A DNA stretch of 39,339 bases, taken from NCBI GenBank assembly GCA_028599035.1, contig JAQRMT010000001.1, forward strand, positions 1-39,339, in the 5' to 3' direction. This DNA comes from Gammaproteobacteria bacterium (GTDB lineage Bacteria; Pseudomonadota; Gammaproteobacteria; PS1; Pseudothioglobaceae). A program made the translations under genes and the position numbers. Shown piece after piece: positions 30,004 through 39,339 of the stretch (position 1 is the stretch's first letter; each line of letters begins with the position of its first letter). The notes below the pieces were generated by a model, which ran no database searches, was not told the DNA's origin, and worked only from the letters and a program-made list of their open reading frames with translations.

Positions 30004-30396
30004 ATGCATCAAGGTGAATGCCTGTGCGGTAAAGTTAAATTTCAAATTACGCAAAAAATTACAGATATTGTTATGTGTCATTGTAGCGAATGTAGGCGGG
30101 TGCAAGGCACGGCATTTGCAACGAATGGTAATGTGGAAAATAAAAATTTTAAATTTTTAAGTGGTGAAGATAGTTTGACCGAGTTTAAAGAAAATGACAA
30201 TAAAAGCCGATTTTTTTGCAAAACTTGTGGCTCACCAATTATGGCAAAACTTAAAAACTACCCTGATTATACAAGGGCAAGGTTGGGCACAATCACTACC
30301 CAGATAGACGAGCCTATTGAAAAACACATTTTTACCGAATCAAAAGCAAACTGGGACACCATCTGTGATAACACCCCACAACACAAGGAGTGGTAA
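30004..30396 (+). CDS. GFA family (CENP-V/Mss4-like) zinc-binding protein
   Basis: GECLCGKV, CHCSECRR, RFFCKTCGSP and HIFTESKANW; GAGG SD. Confidence 0.9.
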   Translation: MHQGECLCGKVKFQITQKITDIVMCHCSECRRVQGTAFATNGNVENKNFKFLSGEDSLTEFKENDNKSRFFCKTCGSPIMAKLKNYPDYTRARLGTITTQIDEPIEKHIFTESKANWDTICDNTPQHKEW

Positions 30397-31497
30397 ATGA
30401 GCGGTAATAGTATCGGTAAATTATTCACAGTAACCACTGCTGGAGAATCGCACGGCGAAGCATTAGTTGGTATTATTGATGGTTGCCCTCCAGGGCTAGA
30501 GCTTAGCGAGGCAGATTTACAAGACGACCTAGACCTTAGGAAGCCGGGCACTTCACGCCACACCACGCAACGCCGTGAAGAAGATTTGGTTAAAATTTTA
30601 TCAGGTACATTTGAAGGAAAGACAACGGGTACACCGATTGCACTTATCATTCAAAACACCGATCAACGCTCTAAGGATTATAGCAATATTGCCAATTCGT
30701 TTCGTCCTGGTCATGCAGACTACACTTATCAACAAAAATACGGCATTCGTGATTATCGTGGTGGTGGTCGTTCCAGTGCTAGAGAAACAGCAATGCGTGT
30801 TGCCTGTGGTGGCATTGCTAAAAAATATTTAAAACAAAAATTTGGTATTGAAATCAAAGGCTATCTTGCGCAGTTAGGCCCAATTAAGGTGGAAACACTT
30901 GATTGGAATGAAGTGCATAACAATCCTTTCTTTTGCCCTGATGCTAGCAAAGTATCAGAACTTGAAAACTATATGGATGCCTTGAGAAAATCGGGCGATT
31001 CTATTGGCGCACGCATCAATATTGTAGCCACGAATATGCCAGTTGGATTAGGGGAGCCAATTTTTGACAGATTAGAGGCGGATGTGGCACACTCAATGAT
31101 GAGTATTAATGCGGTTAAAGGCGTGGAAATTGGCGCTGGATTTGACTCAATCACGCAAAAAGGCAGTGAGCATCGAGATGCTATTAGCACACAAGGCTTC
31201 AACCCCAACAACGCAGGTGGCACGCTAGGTGGTATCAGTTCTGGACAGGATTTGCTGGTTTCCATTGCACTCAAACCCACTTCAAGCTTACGATTGCCGA
31301 TTGAAAGTATTGACAAGGATGGTAAGCCAACAGAAGTTATCACCCAAGGTCGTCATGACCCATGTGTGGGCATTCGTGCCACACCAATTGCTGAGGCAAT
31401 GTTGGCAATAACGCTGATGGACCATGTAATGCGTCATCGTGGACAAAATATAGATGTAAAATCGTCCACACCTGTTGTGCCCGCTAGCAAAAAATAA
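30397..31497 (+). CDS. aroC: Chorismate synthase
   Basis: [30 protein letters not shown] and [11 protein letters not shown]. Confidence 0.98.
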   Translation: MSGNSIGKLFTVTTAGESHGEALVGIIDGCPPGLELSEADLQDDLDLRKPGTSRHTTQRREEDLVKILSGTFEGKTTGTPIALIIQNTDQRSKDYSNIANSFRPGHADYTYQQKYGIRDYRGGGRSSARETAMRVACGGIAKKYLKQKFGIEIKGYLAQLGPIKVETLDWNEVHNNPFFCPDASKVSELENYMDALRKSGDSIGARINIVATNMPVGLGEPIFDRLEADVAHSMMSINAVKGVEIGAGFDSITQKGSEHRDAISTQGFNPNNAGGTLGGISSGQDLLVSIALKPTSSLRLPIESIDKDGKPTEVITQGRHDPCVGIRATPIAEAMLAITLMDHVMRHRGQNIDVKSSTPVVPASKK

Positions 31498-31524
31498 AAA
31501 AATCATAACCAAAAGGAAGGAAAA

Positions 31525-33048
31525 ATGTTTTTTTCTCTAATCAATAAATACATCTCTATTAATCCAAAAAATGATATTTTATCAGGACTCACTGTTGCCT
31601 TAGCCTTAGTACCAGAGGCGGTTGCCTTTGCTATGTTGGCTGGCGTAAGCCCATTGGTCGGTTTGTACGCTGCATTTACCATTGGCTTAGTTACTTCAAT
31701 TATAGGAGGTCGTCCAGGTATGATTTCTGGTGCTACAGGTGCGATTGCCGTGGTGATTGGCTCGCTGGTGGCAATGCATGGCGTAGAGTATTTGTTTGCC
31801 GCTGTGGTGCTCACAGGGCTTATCCAAATAGTCTTTGGCTTACTTAAACTCGGTAAATTTATTCGCCTTGTACCTCACCCCGTTTTTTTAGGCTTTGTAA
31901 ATGGCATTGCCATGGTTATTTTTATCGGACAAATTAAACAATTTAAGGTTGGCGATGAATGGATTACTGGTGAGCCATTGCTAATTATGCTGGGTATTAT
32001 TGCAGCCACAATGGCAATTATTCAATTTTTACCAAAACTTACCAAGGTCGTGCCTGAAATTTTAGTGGCAGTTATCGTTGGCAGTTTAGCGGTGATTTGG
32101 CTAGGGCTTGATACCCGCACGGTAGGCGATGTTGCTACAATTAAGGGGGGATTGCCTGCTTTTCACATTCCCGATGTTCCTTTGAGTTGGGAGACTTTGC
32201 AAATTGTTGCCCCTTATGCACTAACTATGGCGTTAGTAGGTCTGATTGAGAGTTTACTAACGCTAAATCTAGTGGATGACTTGACAGAAACCACAGGACA
32301 ACCTAACCGAGAAAGTGTCGGCCAAGGTGTTGCTAATACTGTTACTGGCTTGTTTGGTGGCATGGGTGGCTGTGCGATGGTAGGTCAAAGTATTATTAAT
32401 GTCAAATCTGGTGGTCGTGGACGCTTATCAGGCGTTGTTGCCTCTGTTGCGTTGTTGTTGTTTATCCTTTATTTGTCTGAATATATTGAGATGATCCCTA
32501 TTGCTGTCCTTATTGGAGTGATGTTTATGGTGGTCATCGGCACTTTTGAATGGTGCACTATTCGTCTGTTTGGCAAAATACCAACCTTAGATATTGTCAC
32601 CGGTATTTCAGTAGCAGTGATTACCGTTCTGACTGACAATTTAGCCTTGGCAGTTATTGTTGGAGTGATTTTATCCGCCCTATCGTTTGCTTGGGAATCT
32701 GCCAGTAAAATCTATATCAGACAAAGTCAAAACGACAAAGGCAATAATGTATATGAAGTAAATGGCACTTTGTTCTTTGCCTCAAAAGAACACTTTCAAG
32801 AATTGTTCAATCCTAAAACAGATACCAATGATGTTTACATTGATTTTGGCAATGCTAGGGTGCTAGACCACTCGGCCATTCAAGCCATTGATAAACTGGC
32901 AACCCGTTATAAGCGAGTTGGCAAAACTTTACACTTGCAACACCTTAGTGCCGAATGCAAATTGCTGTTAAAAACTGCTAGAAATTTAGTTGAAGTTAAT
33001 GTTTTAGAAGACCCTACTTACCATGTAGTGGACGACAAGCTAGCGTAA
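31525..33048 (+). CDS. sulP: SulP/SLC26 family inorganic anion transporter with STAS domain
   Basis: LSGLTVALALVPEAVAF, GGRPGMISGATGA, GLIESLLT, GGCAMVGQS and STAS GTLFFAS...DHSA. Confidence 0.92.
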   Translation: MFFSLINKYISINPKNDILSGLTVALALVPEAVAFAMLAGVSPLVGLYAAFTIGLVTSIIGGRPGMISGATGAIAVVIGSLVAMHGVEYLFAAVVLTGLIQIVFGLLKLGKFIRLVPHPVFLGFVNGIAMVIFIGQIKQFKVGDEWITGEPLLIMLGIIAATMAIIQFLPKLTKVVPEILVAVIVGSLAVIWLGLDTRTVGDVATIKGGLPAFHIPDVPLSWETLQIVAPYALTMALVGLIESLLTLNLVDDLTETTGQPNRESVGQGVANTVTGLFGGMGGCAMVGQSIINVKSGGRGRLSGVVASVALLLFILYLSEYIEMIPIAVLIGVMFMVVIGTFEWCTIRLFGKIPTLDIVTGISVAVITVLTDNLALAVIVGVILSALSFAWESASKIYIRQSQNDKGNNVYEVNGTLFFASKEHFQELFNPKTDTNDVYIDFGNARVLDHSAIQAIDKLATRYKRVGKTLHLQHLSAECKLLLKTARNLVEVNVLEDPTYHVVDDKLA

Positions 33049-33090
33049 AAGCGTACAATGGTATCATTGATTAAATATTGGACACAAACT

Positions 33091-33579
33091 ATGAAAAAAA
33101 TACTTGCTATTACTGCGCTACTCTCATCAACACTGCTAAATGCTCATGGGCTTTCTCAATCAAATGGGTTTAACCACCCCATGCTCAACGATGGATTTTG
33201 GCAAGATTTCAATCATCAATTTCAACAATTTAACCGTCAAATGGATAGATTGCAGCACTCTAGTGGCATGGAATTACAATCAAGGCAGTTTTTTGATAAA
33301 GACAGTAACAGTTATGTGATTGAGATTAAAACCATGGGGCTTAATAAAAATAATCTAAATATTTCAAACGACAAAAATACACTCATTATTGAGGGTTATA
33401 AACAAACTTCAGACAATCAAAATTCTCGTTCTGAGGGTAGTTTTTCCCATATGATGTCTATTCCTCGTGACGGCGACACAAACAATATTAGTGCAGCATT
33501 TAAAAAGGGGGTGTTAAGCGTATCAATCCCTAAACTTGGCAAGCCAAAACCACAAATTCAAAAGATAAAAATTCGTTAA
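33091..33579 (+). CDS. Hsp20/alpha-crystallin family protein with predicted signal peptide
   Basis: MKKILAITALLSSTLLNA N-terminus; ACD motifs YVIEIKTMG, LIIEG, GSFSHMMSIP and ISAAFKKGVLSVSIPK; C-terminal KIKI (IxI). Confidence 0.85.
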   Translation: MKKILAITALLSSTLLNAHGLSQSNGFNHPMLNDGFWQDFNHQFQQFNRQMDRLQHSSGMELQSRQFFDKDSNSYVIEIKTMGLNKNNLNISNDKNTLIIEGYKQTSDNQNSRSEGSFSHMMSIPRDGDTNNISAAFKKGVLSVSIPKLGKPKPQIQKIKIR

Positions 33580-34218
33580 TTACTTGCCTGGCTTATCGCC
33601 CCAAAGCAGTTTGTGTAATTGCACTTGCAGGCGCACATTCAGTTGTTTGGCTAATATCCAATCTGCTAACTGCACAGGCTCAACCTTGTCAAAAACCGGT
33701 GAAAACAACGCGCTTGCCTGAGTTGGATACTTGTTCAAAATATTCACGCTCCAATCAAAGTCAGATTTTGAACCAATAACAAACTTTAACTGGTCTTTCG
33801 CTTGAAGCTTGTCAATATTATTGACTTTGTTTTGCTTAGATTCATTTGATGAAGGTGTTTTAATATCCATCACGATTGATACGCTCGGATTAACATCAGT
33901 AATATCGATACTGCCACTGGTTTCCAGCGATACTTGATAATTTTCTCTAACCAATCTGTCCAATAAAATATAACAATTAATCTGTGCCAATGGCTCGCCG
34001 CCTGTAACGCAAATATACTGGGTATTGTATTGCTTGACCTCGTTTAAAATATCATCAATGCTCAATAAATTATTACCCTTAAAAGCATATTCAGTATCAC
34101 AATAACTACAACGCAACGGACAGCCTGTGAGGCGTATAAACACCGTTGGCAAGCCTACTTCTCGTGCCTCGCCTTGCAATGAGTAAAATATTTCGTTGAT
34201 GTTTAATTCAGTTTTCAT
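33580..34218 (-). CDS. queE: 7-carboxy-7-deazaguanine synthase (radical SAM)
   Basis: [30 protein letters not shown] and QVQLHK. Confidence 0.94.
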   Translation of the reverse strand: MKTELNINEIFYSLQGEAREVGLPTVFIRLTGCPLRCSYCDTEYAFKGNNLLSIDDILNEVKQYNTQYICVTGGEPLAQINCYILLDRLVRENYQVSLETSGSIDITDVNPSVSIVMDIKTPSSNESKQNKVNNIDKLQAKDQLKFVIGSKSDFDWSVNILNKYPTQASALFSPVFDKVEPVQLADWILAKQLNVRLQVQLHKLLWGDKPGK

Positions 34219-36209
34219 AATTTTGATTTAAGTTGAGAATTTTTTAATGCCTTAATTTTATTACGCATATCTGCTGCTTGTTCAAATTTTAACTCCTCTG
34301 CAAAGCCATACATCTGTTTTTCCAATGTCTTGATTTCTTTTGCGAATTGCACAGGGGATAATTTTGCCACAGTTTGAATATTGTATTCGCCCTCAGGTTC
34401 TGTCACTTTTGTATCGGTATCTAAAATATCAACAATCGGTTTGATGACACTTCTAGGGGTGATATTATTAGCCTCATTGTAGGCTTGTTGTCTTTGGCGT
34501 CGTCGCCGGGTTTCGTCCATTGCTCGTTGCATTGAGTTGGTAATTCTATCGGCATACAAAATCACATGTCCATTAATATTTCTAGCCGCCCTGCCCATGG
34601 TTTGAATCAGTGAACGCTCAGAGCGTAAAAATCCTTCCTTATCTGCATCTAAAATTGCCACCAAAGACACCTCAGGTATGTCCAGACCTTCTCTAAGTAA
34701 ATTAATACCCACCAACACATCAAACACACCTAGACGCAAATCACGAATAATTTCCACCCGTTCAACTGTATCAATATCAGAATGCAAATACCGAACTTTG
34801 ACATTGTGGTCGTTCAAATAATCACTCAGCTGTTCAGACATTCGTTTGGTTAAAGTCGTTACCAGCACTCGATCACCGAGTGCAACTCGTTTGCGTATTT
34901 CACTCAACAAATCATCAACTTGGGTTTCCACTTTGCGTATTTCAATCTCAGGGTCTAACAGCCCCGTTGGTCTCACCAACTGTTGCACAATAGCACTGGA
35001 AACCTCTAATTCGTATTGTGCAGGCGTGGCAGAAACCAAAATACATTGATGAATTTTATCCTCAAATTCAGCAAACTTTAACGGACGATTATCCAATGCC
35101 GAAGGCAGTCTAAAGCCAAATTCAACCAATGTTGTTTTACGCGCCCTATCGCCGTTATACATACCGCCAATCTGACTCGCTGTCACATGTGATTCGTCCA
35201 AAATCACCAGCGCATCCTCAGGCAAATAATCCAGCAATGTGGGAGGTGGCCGCCCTGCCCCTCTGTTTGACAAGTAGCGTGAATAATTCTCAATACCATT
35301 GCAATAACCTAGCTCACGCATCATTTCAATATCCATATGCACCCGCTGAGTTAGGCGTTGCTCCTCCACCAGTTTGTTTTGCGCTAACAACTCCTTACGC
35401 CGTATTTTAAGCTCATCCTTAACATCGTCAAGCATATTTAAAATCTTAGATTTAGGAGTTACATAGTGCGTTTGCGGATACACTGTTACTCTTTGTAATA
35501 GTTTTAACTTCTCACCAGTCAATGGGTCAAACCAATAAATTGCCTCGATTTCATCATCAAACATCTCAATACGCAAAGCCTGCTCTTCTGAATCCGCAGG
35601 GAATACATCAATCACCTCACCTTTTACTCGAAAATTCCCACGCATTAAACTCACATCGTTGCGTGTATATTGCATTTGTGACAAACGCGATAAAATCTCT
35701 CGCTGGTTAATGACCTCGCCAACACTCAAATGTAGCAACATTTGCATATAACTATCTGGGTCGCCCAAGCCATAAATCGCTGAAACACTGGCAATAATAA
35801 TTACATCATCTCGTTCCAACAAAGCTTTAGTTGCAGACAGGCGCATTTGTTCGATTTGCTCGTTAATGGAGGAATCTTTCTCAATATAAGTATCACTTGC
35901 TGGCACATACGCCTCAGGCTGATAATAATCATAATAAGAAACAAAATACTCAACTGCATTGTTCGGAAAAAACGCTTTCATTTCGCTATACAACTGTGCC
36001 GCCAGTGTTTTATTCGGTGCCATAATCAAGCTCGCTCGCTTGGTTTGCTTAATCACATTTGCCAAGGTAAAAGTCTTACCTGAACCAGTGACACCCAATA
36101 ATGTTTGGAATTTTTTCCCCGTGTTTATCCCGTCAACTAAAGCTTTTATGGCTTTGGGCTGATCCCCTGTTGGAAAAAATTGCGATTCTAATTGAAATTT
36201 TCTACCCAC
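34215..36209 (-). CDS. uvrB: Excinuclease ABC subunit B
   Basis: [33 protein letters not shown] and a C-terminal UVR domain. Start placed at GTG 36209 because the ORF-track start overlaps the next gene. Confidence 0.97.
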   Translation of the reverse strand: MGRKFQLESQFFPTGDQPKAIKALVDGINTGKKFQTLLGVTGSGKTFTLANVIKQTKRASLIMAPNKTLAAQLYSEMKAFFPNNAVEYFVSYYDYYQPEAYVPASDTYIEKDSSINEQIEQMRLSATKALLERDDVIIIASVSAIYGLGDPDSYMQMLLHLSVGEVINQREILSRLSQMQYTRNDVSLMRGNFRVKGEVIDVFPADSEEQALRIEMFDDEIEAIYWFDPLTGEKLKLLQRVTVYPQTHYVTPKSKILNMLDDVKDELKIRRKELLAQNKLVEEQRLTQRVHMDIEMMRELGYCNGIENYSRYLSNRGAGRPPPTLLDYLPEDALVILDESHVTASQIGGMYNGDRARKTTLVEFGFRLPSALDNRPLKFAEFEDKIHQCILVSATPAQYELEVSSAIVQQLVRPTGLLDPEIEIRKVETQVDDLLSEIRKRVALGDRVLVTTLTKRMSEQLSDYLNDHNVKVRYLHSDIDTVERVEIIRDLRLGVFDVLVGINLLREGLDIPEVSLVAILDADKEGFLRSERSLIQTMGRAARNINGHVILYADRITNSMQRAMDETRRRRQRQQAYNEANNITPRSVIKPIVDILDTDTKVTEPEGEYNIQTVAKLSPVQFAKEIKTLEKQMYGFAEELKFEQAADMRNKIKALKNSQLKSKL

Positions 36210-36263
36210 TATGCGCGTTTTTTGATTATCATAAGCACTCAATTTTAAAACATTTAAAGTACT

Positions 36264-37439
36264 ATGTCTAATCAACTCTCATTTCGCGTTCAAAAAGTTA
36301 AACCGTCAGCCACACTTGCTATTACTGCAAAAGCCAACGAACTTAAATCTCAAGGCATTCAAATTGTACCAATGGGCTCAGGTGAGCCAGATTTTGACAC
36401 GCCGAAAAACATTCAACAAGCAGGTATAAATGCAATTAATAATGGTCAAACACGCTACACAGCAGTTGATGGCACACCTGAGTTAAAAAATGCCATTATC
36501 AGTAAATTTAAACGAGACAATGATTTAAATTACACTGCCAACGAAGTAATGGTGTCATCTGGTGGTAAACAAGTGTTTTACAACCTGTGTCAAGCCATGC
36601 TTAATACTGGTGATGAGGTTATTATCCCGTCACCCTATTGGGTAAGTTATCCCGATATGGTGATTTTGGCAGATGCCACGCCAATTGTGGTGGAGACTGG
36701 CTTGGAGCAAGATTTTAAAATCACCCCTGAACAACTAGAAAGTAATATCAGCGAAAAAACCAAACTATTCGTTATTAACAGCCCCTCTAACCCAACAGGT
36801 GTCATTTATTCCAAGGCAGAATTACAAGCACTTATTGCCGTGCTAAAAAAACATCCCCAAGTGTTAATTATCACTGACGACATTTATGAACATATTCGTT
36901 GGAATAAAGAAAGTTTTGTTAATATTGCCATGATTGATGCGACTTTAAAAGATCGCACCATTATCCTTAACGGTGTTTCTAAGGCTTATGCAATGACAGG
37001 CTGGCGCATTGGTTATAGCGCAGGTCCAGAAGCCATCATTAAGGCCATGAAAAAAATCCAAGGACAATCAACTTCAAACCCCTGTTCTATTGCTCAAGCA
37101 GCAGCACTAGAAGCCCTTAATGGCGATCAAAGTATTATTGATACCATGGCTTCTGCTTTTGCAAAGCGCCACGATTTTATTGTTGATGCACTTAATGCTA
37201 TTGATGGTATCGAATGCCCAAGATCTGAAGGTGCATTTTACGCCTTTCCAAGAGTTGAAGGCCTAATCAAGCGCTTAGGACTAAAAGACGATGTAGAATT
37301 ATCCACTTATTGCCTAGAAAAACTCAACATCGCCCTAGTGCCAGGCTCTGCCTTTGGTGCATCAGGCTATGTGCGCTTTTCATTTGCCACCAGCATGGAC
37401 AACATCAAGCAAGCAATAGAAAAACTCAGCAAGGTTTAA
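36264..37439 (+). CDS. PLP-dependent class I aminotransferase (aspartate aminotransferase-like)
   Basis: [37 protein letters not shown] and VPGSAFG. Confidence 0.92.
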   Translation: MSNQLSFRVQKVKPSATLAITAKANELKSQGIQIVPMGSGEPDFDTPKNIQQAGINAINNGQTRYTAVDGTPELKNAIISKFKRDNDLNYTANEVMVSSGGKQVFYNLCQAMLNTGDEVIIPSPYWVSYPDMVILADATPIVVETGLEQDFKITPEQLESNISEKTKLFVINSPSNPTGVIYSKAELQALIAVLKKHPQVLIITDDIYEHIRWNKESFVNIAMIDATLKDRTIILNGVSKAYAMTGWRIGYSAGPEAIIKAMKKIQGQSTSNPCSIAQAAALEALNGDQSIIDTMASAFAKRHDFIVDALNAIDGIECPRSEGAFYAFPRVEGLIKRLGLKDDVELSTYCLEKLNIALVPGSAFGASGYVRFSFATSMDNIKQAIEKLSKV

Positions 37440-37493
37440 AACAACGCAAAACCAACATTTTGTGAATAATCCAAGATTATTGAATAAAGTTAA

Positions 37494-39161
37494 TCATTTC
37501 CAAGTGTCTCGTAGGCTGACAGTTTTGTTAAAAATTAAATCATCGCTGGCTTGATTATCACGGCAGAAATACCCCTCTCGTTCAAACTGATAAGCCATCT
37601 CAGGCGTAGTGTCTTTCATGCCTGGTTCTACAAAGCCGTAAGTTACAACCAATGAGTTTGGGTTAAGTAATTGCTCAAAGTGGTCATTTTTACCGGGATT
37701 TTCGAGGGTGAAAAGGCGATCGTATAGTCTAAATTCTGCTTTGAGCGCTTTGCTGGCTTCAACGAAGTGAATAACACCTTTGACTTTCCTGCCGTCTGTA
37801 GGGTTTTTGCCTAGCGTATCTGGGTCGTAGGTGGCATAGACGGTGGTGATATTGCCGTCAAAATCGGTGTCAAACGAGGTGGCGTTGATAACATAGGCGT
37901 TTCGTAGGCGCACTTCTTTATCGATGGCAAGGCGTTTAAATTTCTTGTTGGGAGCAATTTCTGCAAAATCGGCTTTGTCAATATACAACTCACGAGAAAA
38001 AAAAATATCGCGTTTACCCATCGCTTCATTTTGTGGATGAATGGGCGCTTGCAAGGTTTCAACTTGATTTTCAGGATAGTTTTCAATAATAACTCTAATC
38101 GGGTCAATCACGCCCATGGTGCGTGGTGCAACAACATTTAAATCATCACGCACAGCGTCTTCTAGAATTTTCATATCGGTCATGCTGTCAACTTTGGAAA
38201 TACCAATACGCTCAACAAAATCACGAATACTGGCAGCAGTATAGCCACGCCGTCTAAGCCCTGAAAGTGTTGGCAGTCGTGGGTCATTCCAGCCTGATAC
38301 CAGTTCATCTTCGACCAGTTGTTGTAATTTGCGCTTGGACATTACCGTGTATTCTAAATTCAGGCGTGAAAACTCGTATTGATGTGGACGATTGGGTTTA
38401 TTAAAGCCATCCAAATGTTCAAGAATCCAATCGTATAAATGTCGATTATTTTGAAATTCTAGTGTGCACAGCGAATGGGTAACGCCTTCGATAGCGTCAG
38501 AAATGCAATGGGCAAAATCATACATAGGATAAATACGCCATTCGTTGCCTGTTTGATGATGCTTTTCAAAGCGAATACGATATAGTGCTGGGTCACGCAT
38601 ACACATAAACGGACTTGCCATATCGATTTTGGCGCGCAATACACACTCACCTTCTGAAAATTTTCCTTCTTTCATTTTAGCGAGCAAATCTAGATTTTCT
38701 TTAACGGAAGTTTGACGATACGGACTGTCTTTGCCTGCTTGTTTTAAAGTGCCACGGTATTCACGGGTTTCTTCTGCATTCAAAAAGCAAACATACGCCA
38801 ATTCTTTATTAATCAGCTCAATCGCATATTCGTAAAACTTTAAGAAATAATTAGAACTGTATTGAATCTCGCCATCCCATTTAAAACCCAACCACTCAAC
38901 ATCATTTTTAATAGATTCAACAAATTCTGCATCTTCTTTAGCGGGATTGGTATCATCAAAACGCAAATTACACTTACCTTTGTAGTCTTGTGCTAAACCA
39001 AAATTCAGACAAATTGATTTAGCGTGCCCAATATGTAAATAGCCATTTGGCTCAGGTGGAAAGCGGGTTTGGATGGATTTGTGCAGACCTGAATCCAAGT
39101 CATCATTAAGTTGATGGCGGATAAAATTGATGGGTTTTTCTATGGGGGTGTTGTCGCTCAT
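37494..39161 (-). CDS. glnS: Glutamine--tRNA ligase
   Basis: [40 protein letters not shown] and YQFEREGYF. Confidence 0.96.
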   Translation of the reverse strand: MSDNTPIEKPINFIRHQLNDDLDSGLHKSIQTRFPPEPNGYLHIGHAKSICLNFGLAQDYKGKCNLRFDDTNPAKEDAEFVESIKNDVEWLGFKWDGEIQYSSNYFLKFYEYAIELINKELAYVCFLNAEETREYRGTLKQAGKDSPYRQTSVKENLDLLAKMKEGKFSEGECVLRAKIDMASPFMCMRDPALYRIRFEKHHQTGNEWRIYPMYDFAHCISDAIEGVTHSLCTLEFQNNRHLYDWILEHLDGFNKPNRPHQYEFSRLNLEYTVMSKRKLQQLVEDELVSGWNDPRLPTLSGLRRRGYTAASIRDFVERIGISKVDSMTDMKILEDAVRDDLNVVAPRTMGVIDPIRVIIENYPENQVETLQAPIHPQNEAMGKRDIFFSRELYIDKADFAEIAPNKKFKRLAIDKEVRLRNAYVINATSFDTDFDGNITTVYATYDPDTLGKNPTDGRKVKGVIHFVEASKALKAEFRLYDRLFTLENPGKNDHFEQLLNPNSLVVTYGFVEPGMKDTTPEMAYQFEREGYFCRDNQASDDLIFNKTVSLRDTWK

Positions 39162-39339
39162 TTTAGGACTAAGTTGCTATAAAGTTAAGAATTATACTAG
39201 GTATTTTCAGCCATGTATTGTAGTGCTTGGTAGAGATACTCCACAGGAATGGTTTTTAATCCTTTTATTGGTTTTTTATGGAAAATATGAAGAATTTTAG
39301 AAAATCTTTTTCGAAAAATTATGAAAGTCGAAGCTAGGA

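Noticed and set aside
28813-30396. Genomic island or prophage integrated at tRNA-Val or tRNA-Arg
   Set aside because: I found no integrase and no duplicated tRNA 3' end (att site), and the flanks are housekeeping genes.
27822-33579. A single sulfur-related operon (ICMT, Sgp-like, GFA, SulP, Hsp20)
   Set aside because: The genes are on different strands and separated by terminators, tRNAs, pyrF and aroC. They are reported separately and any functional link is only a hypothesis.
39278-39339. Possible plus-strand gene start at the window end (ATG at 39321, MKVEAR...)
   Set aside because: Only six codons are visible, which is too little to call.

Overview
A densely packed, AT-rich gammaproteobacterial chromosome segment made mostly of housekeeping genes: gph(partial)/plsC, rnt, a stand-alone ArgA-like GNAT, ilvD, hflK-hflC-hisZ-purA-rnr, lptD-surA-rlmB-yceD-rpmF-plsX-fabH, a long minus-strand run ubiM-glnD-trxA-rho-lptF-queF-pcnB-SDR-xseB-ispA, tRNA-Val(GAC), pyrF, tRNA-Arg(CCT), GFA-aroC-sulP-Hsp20, uvrB-queE, a class I aminotransferase and glnS. 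Tiny intergenic spaces, reshuffled operons and protein style suggest a streamlined marine sulfur oxidiser (SUP05/Thioglobaceae-like). That placement is inference and was not checked. I saw no CRISPR array, prophage, integrase or transposase. The best leads are: (1) a secreted Gly/Asn/aromatic repeat protein resembling sulfur-globule envelope proteins, with its own promoter, a candidate ArsR/SqrR-type operator and a 5' hairpin; (2) a small heat-shock protein with a signal peptide, just downstream of sulP; (3) a low-GC orphan 3-TM gene next to a ~125-bp MITE-like hairpin at the end of rnr; (4) a Fur-like box over the ubiM/ICMT divergent promoter; (5) recurring overlapping bidirectional -10 elements. 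All family assignments come from motifs recognised by eye; no searches were run.
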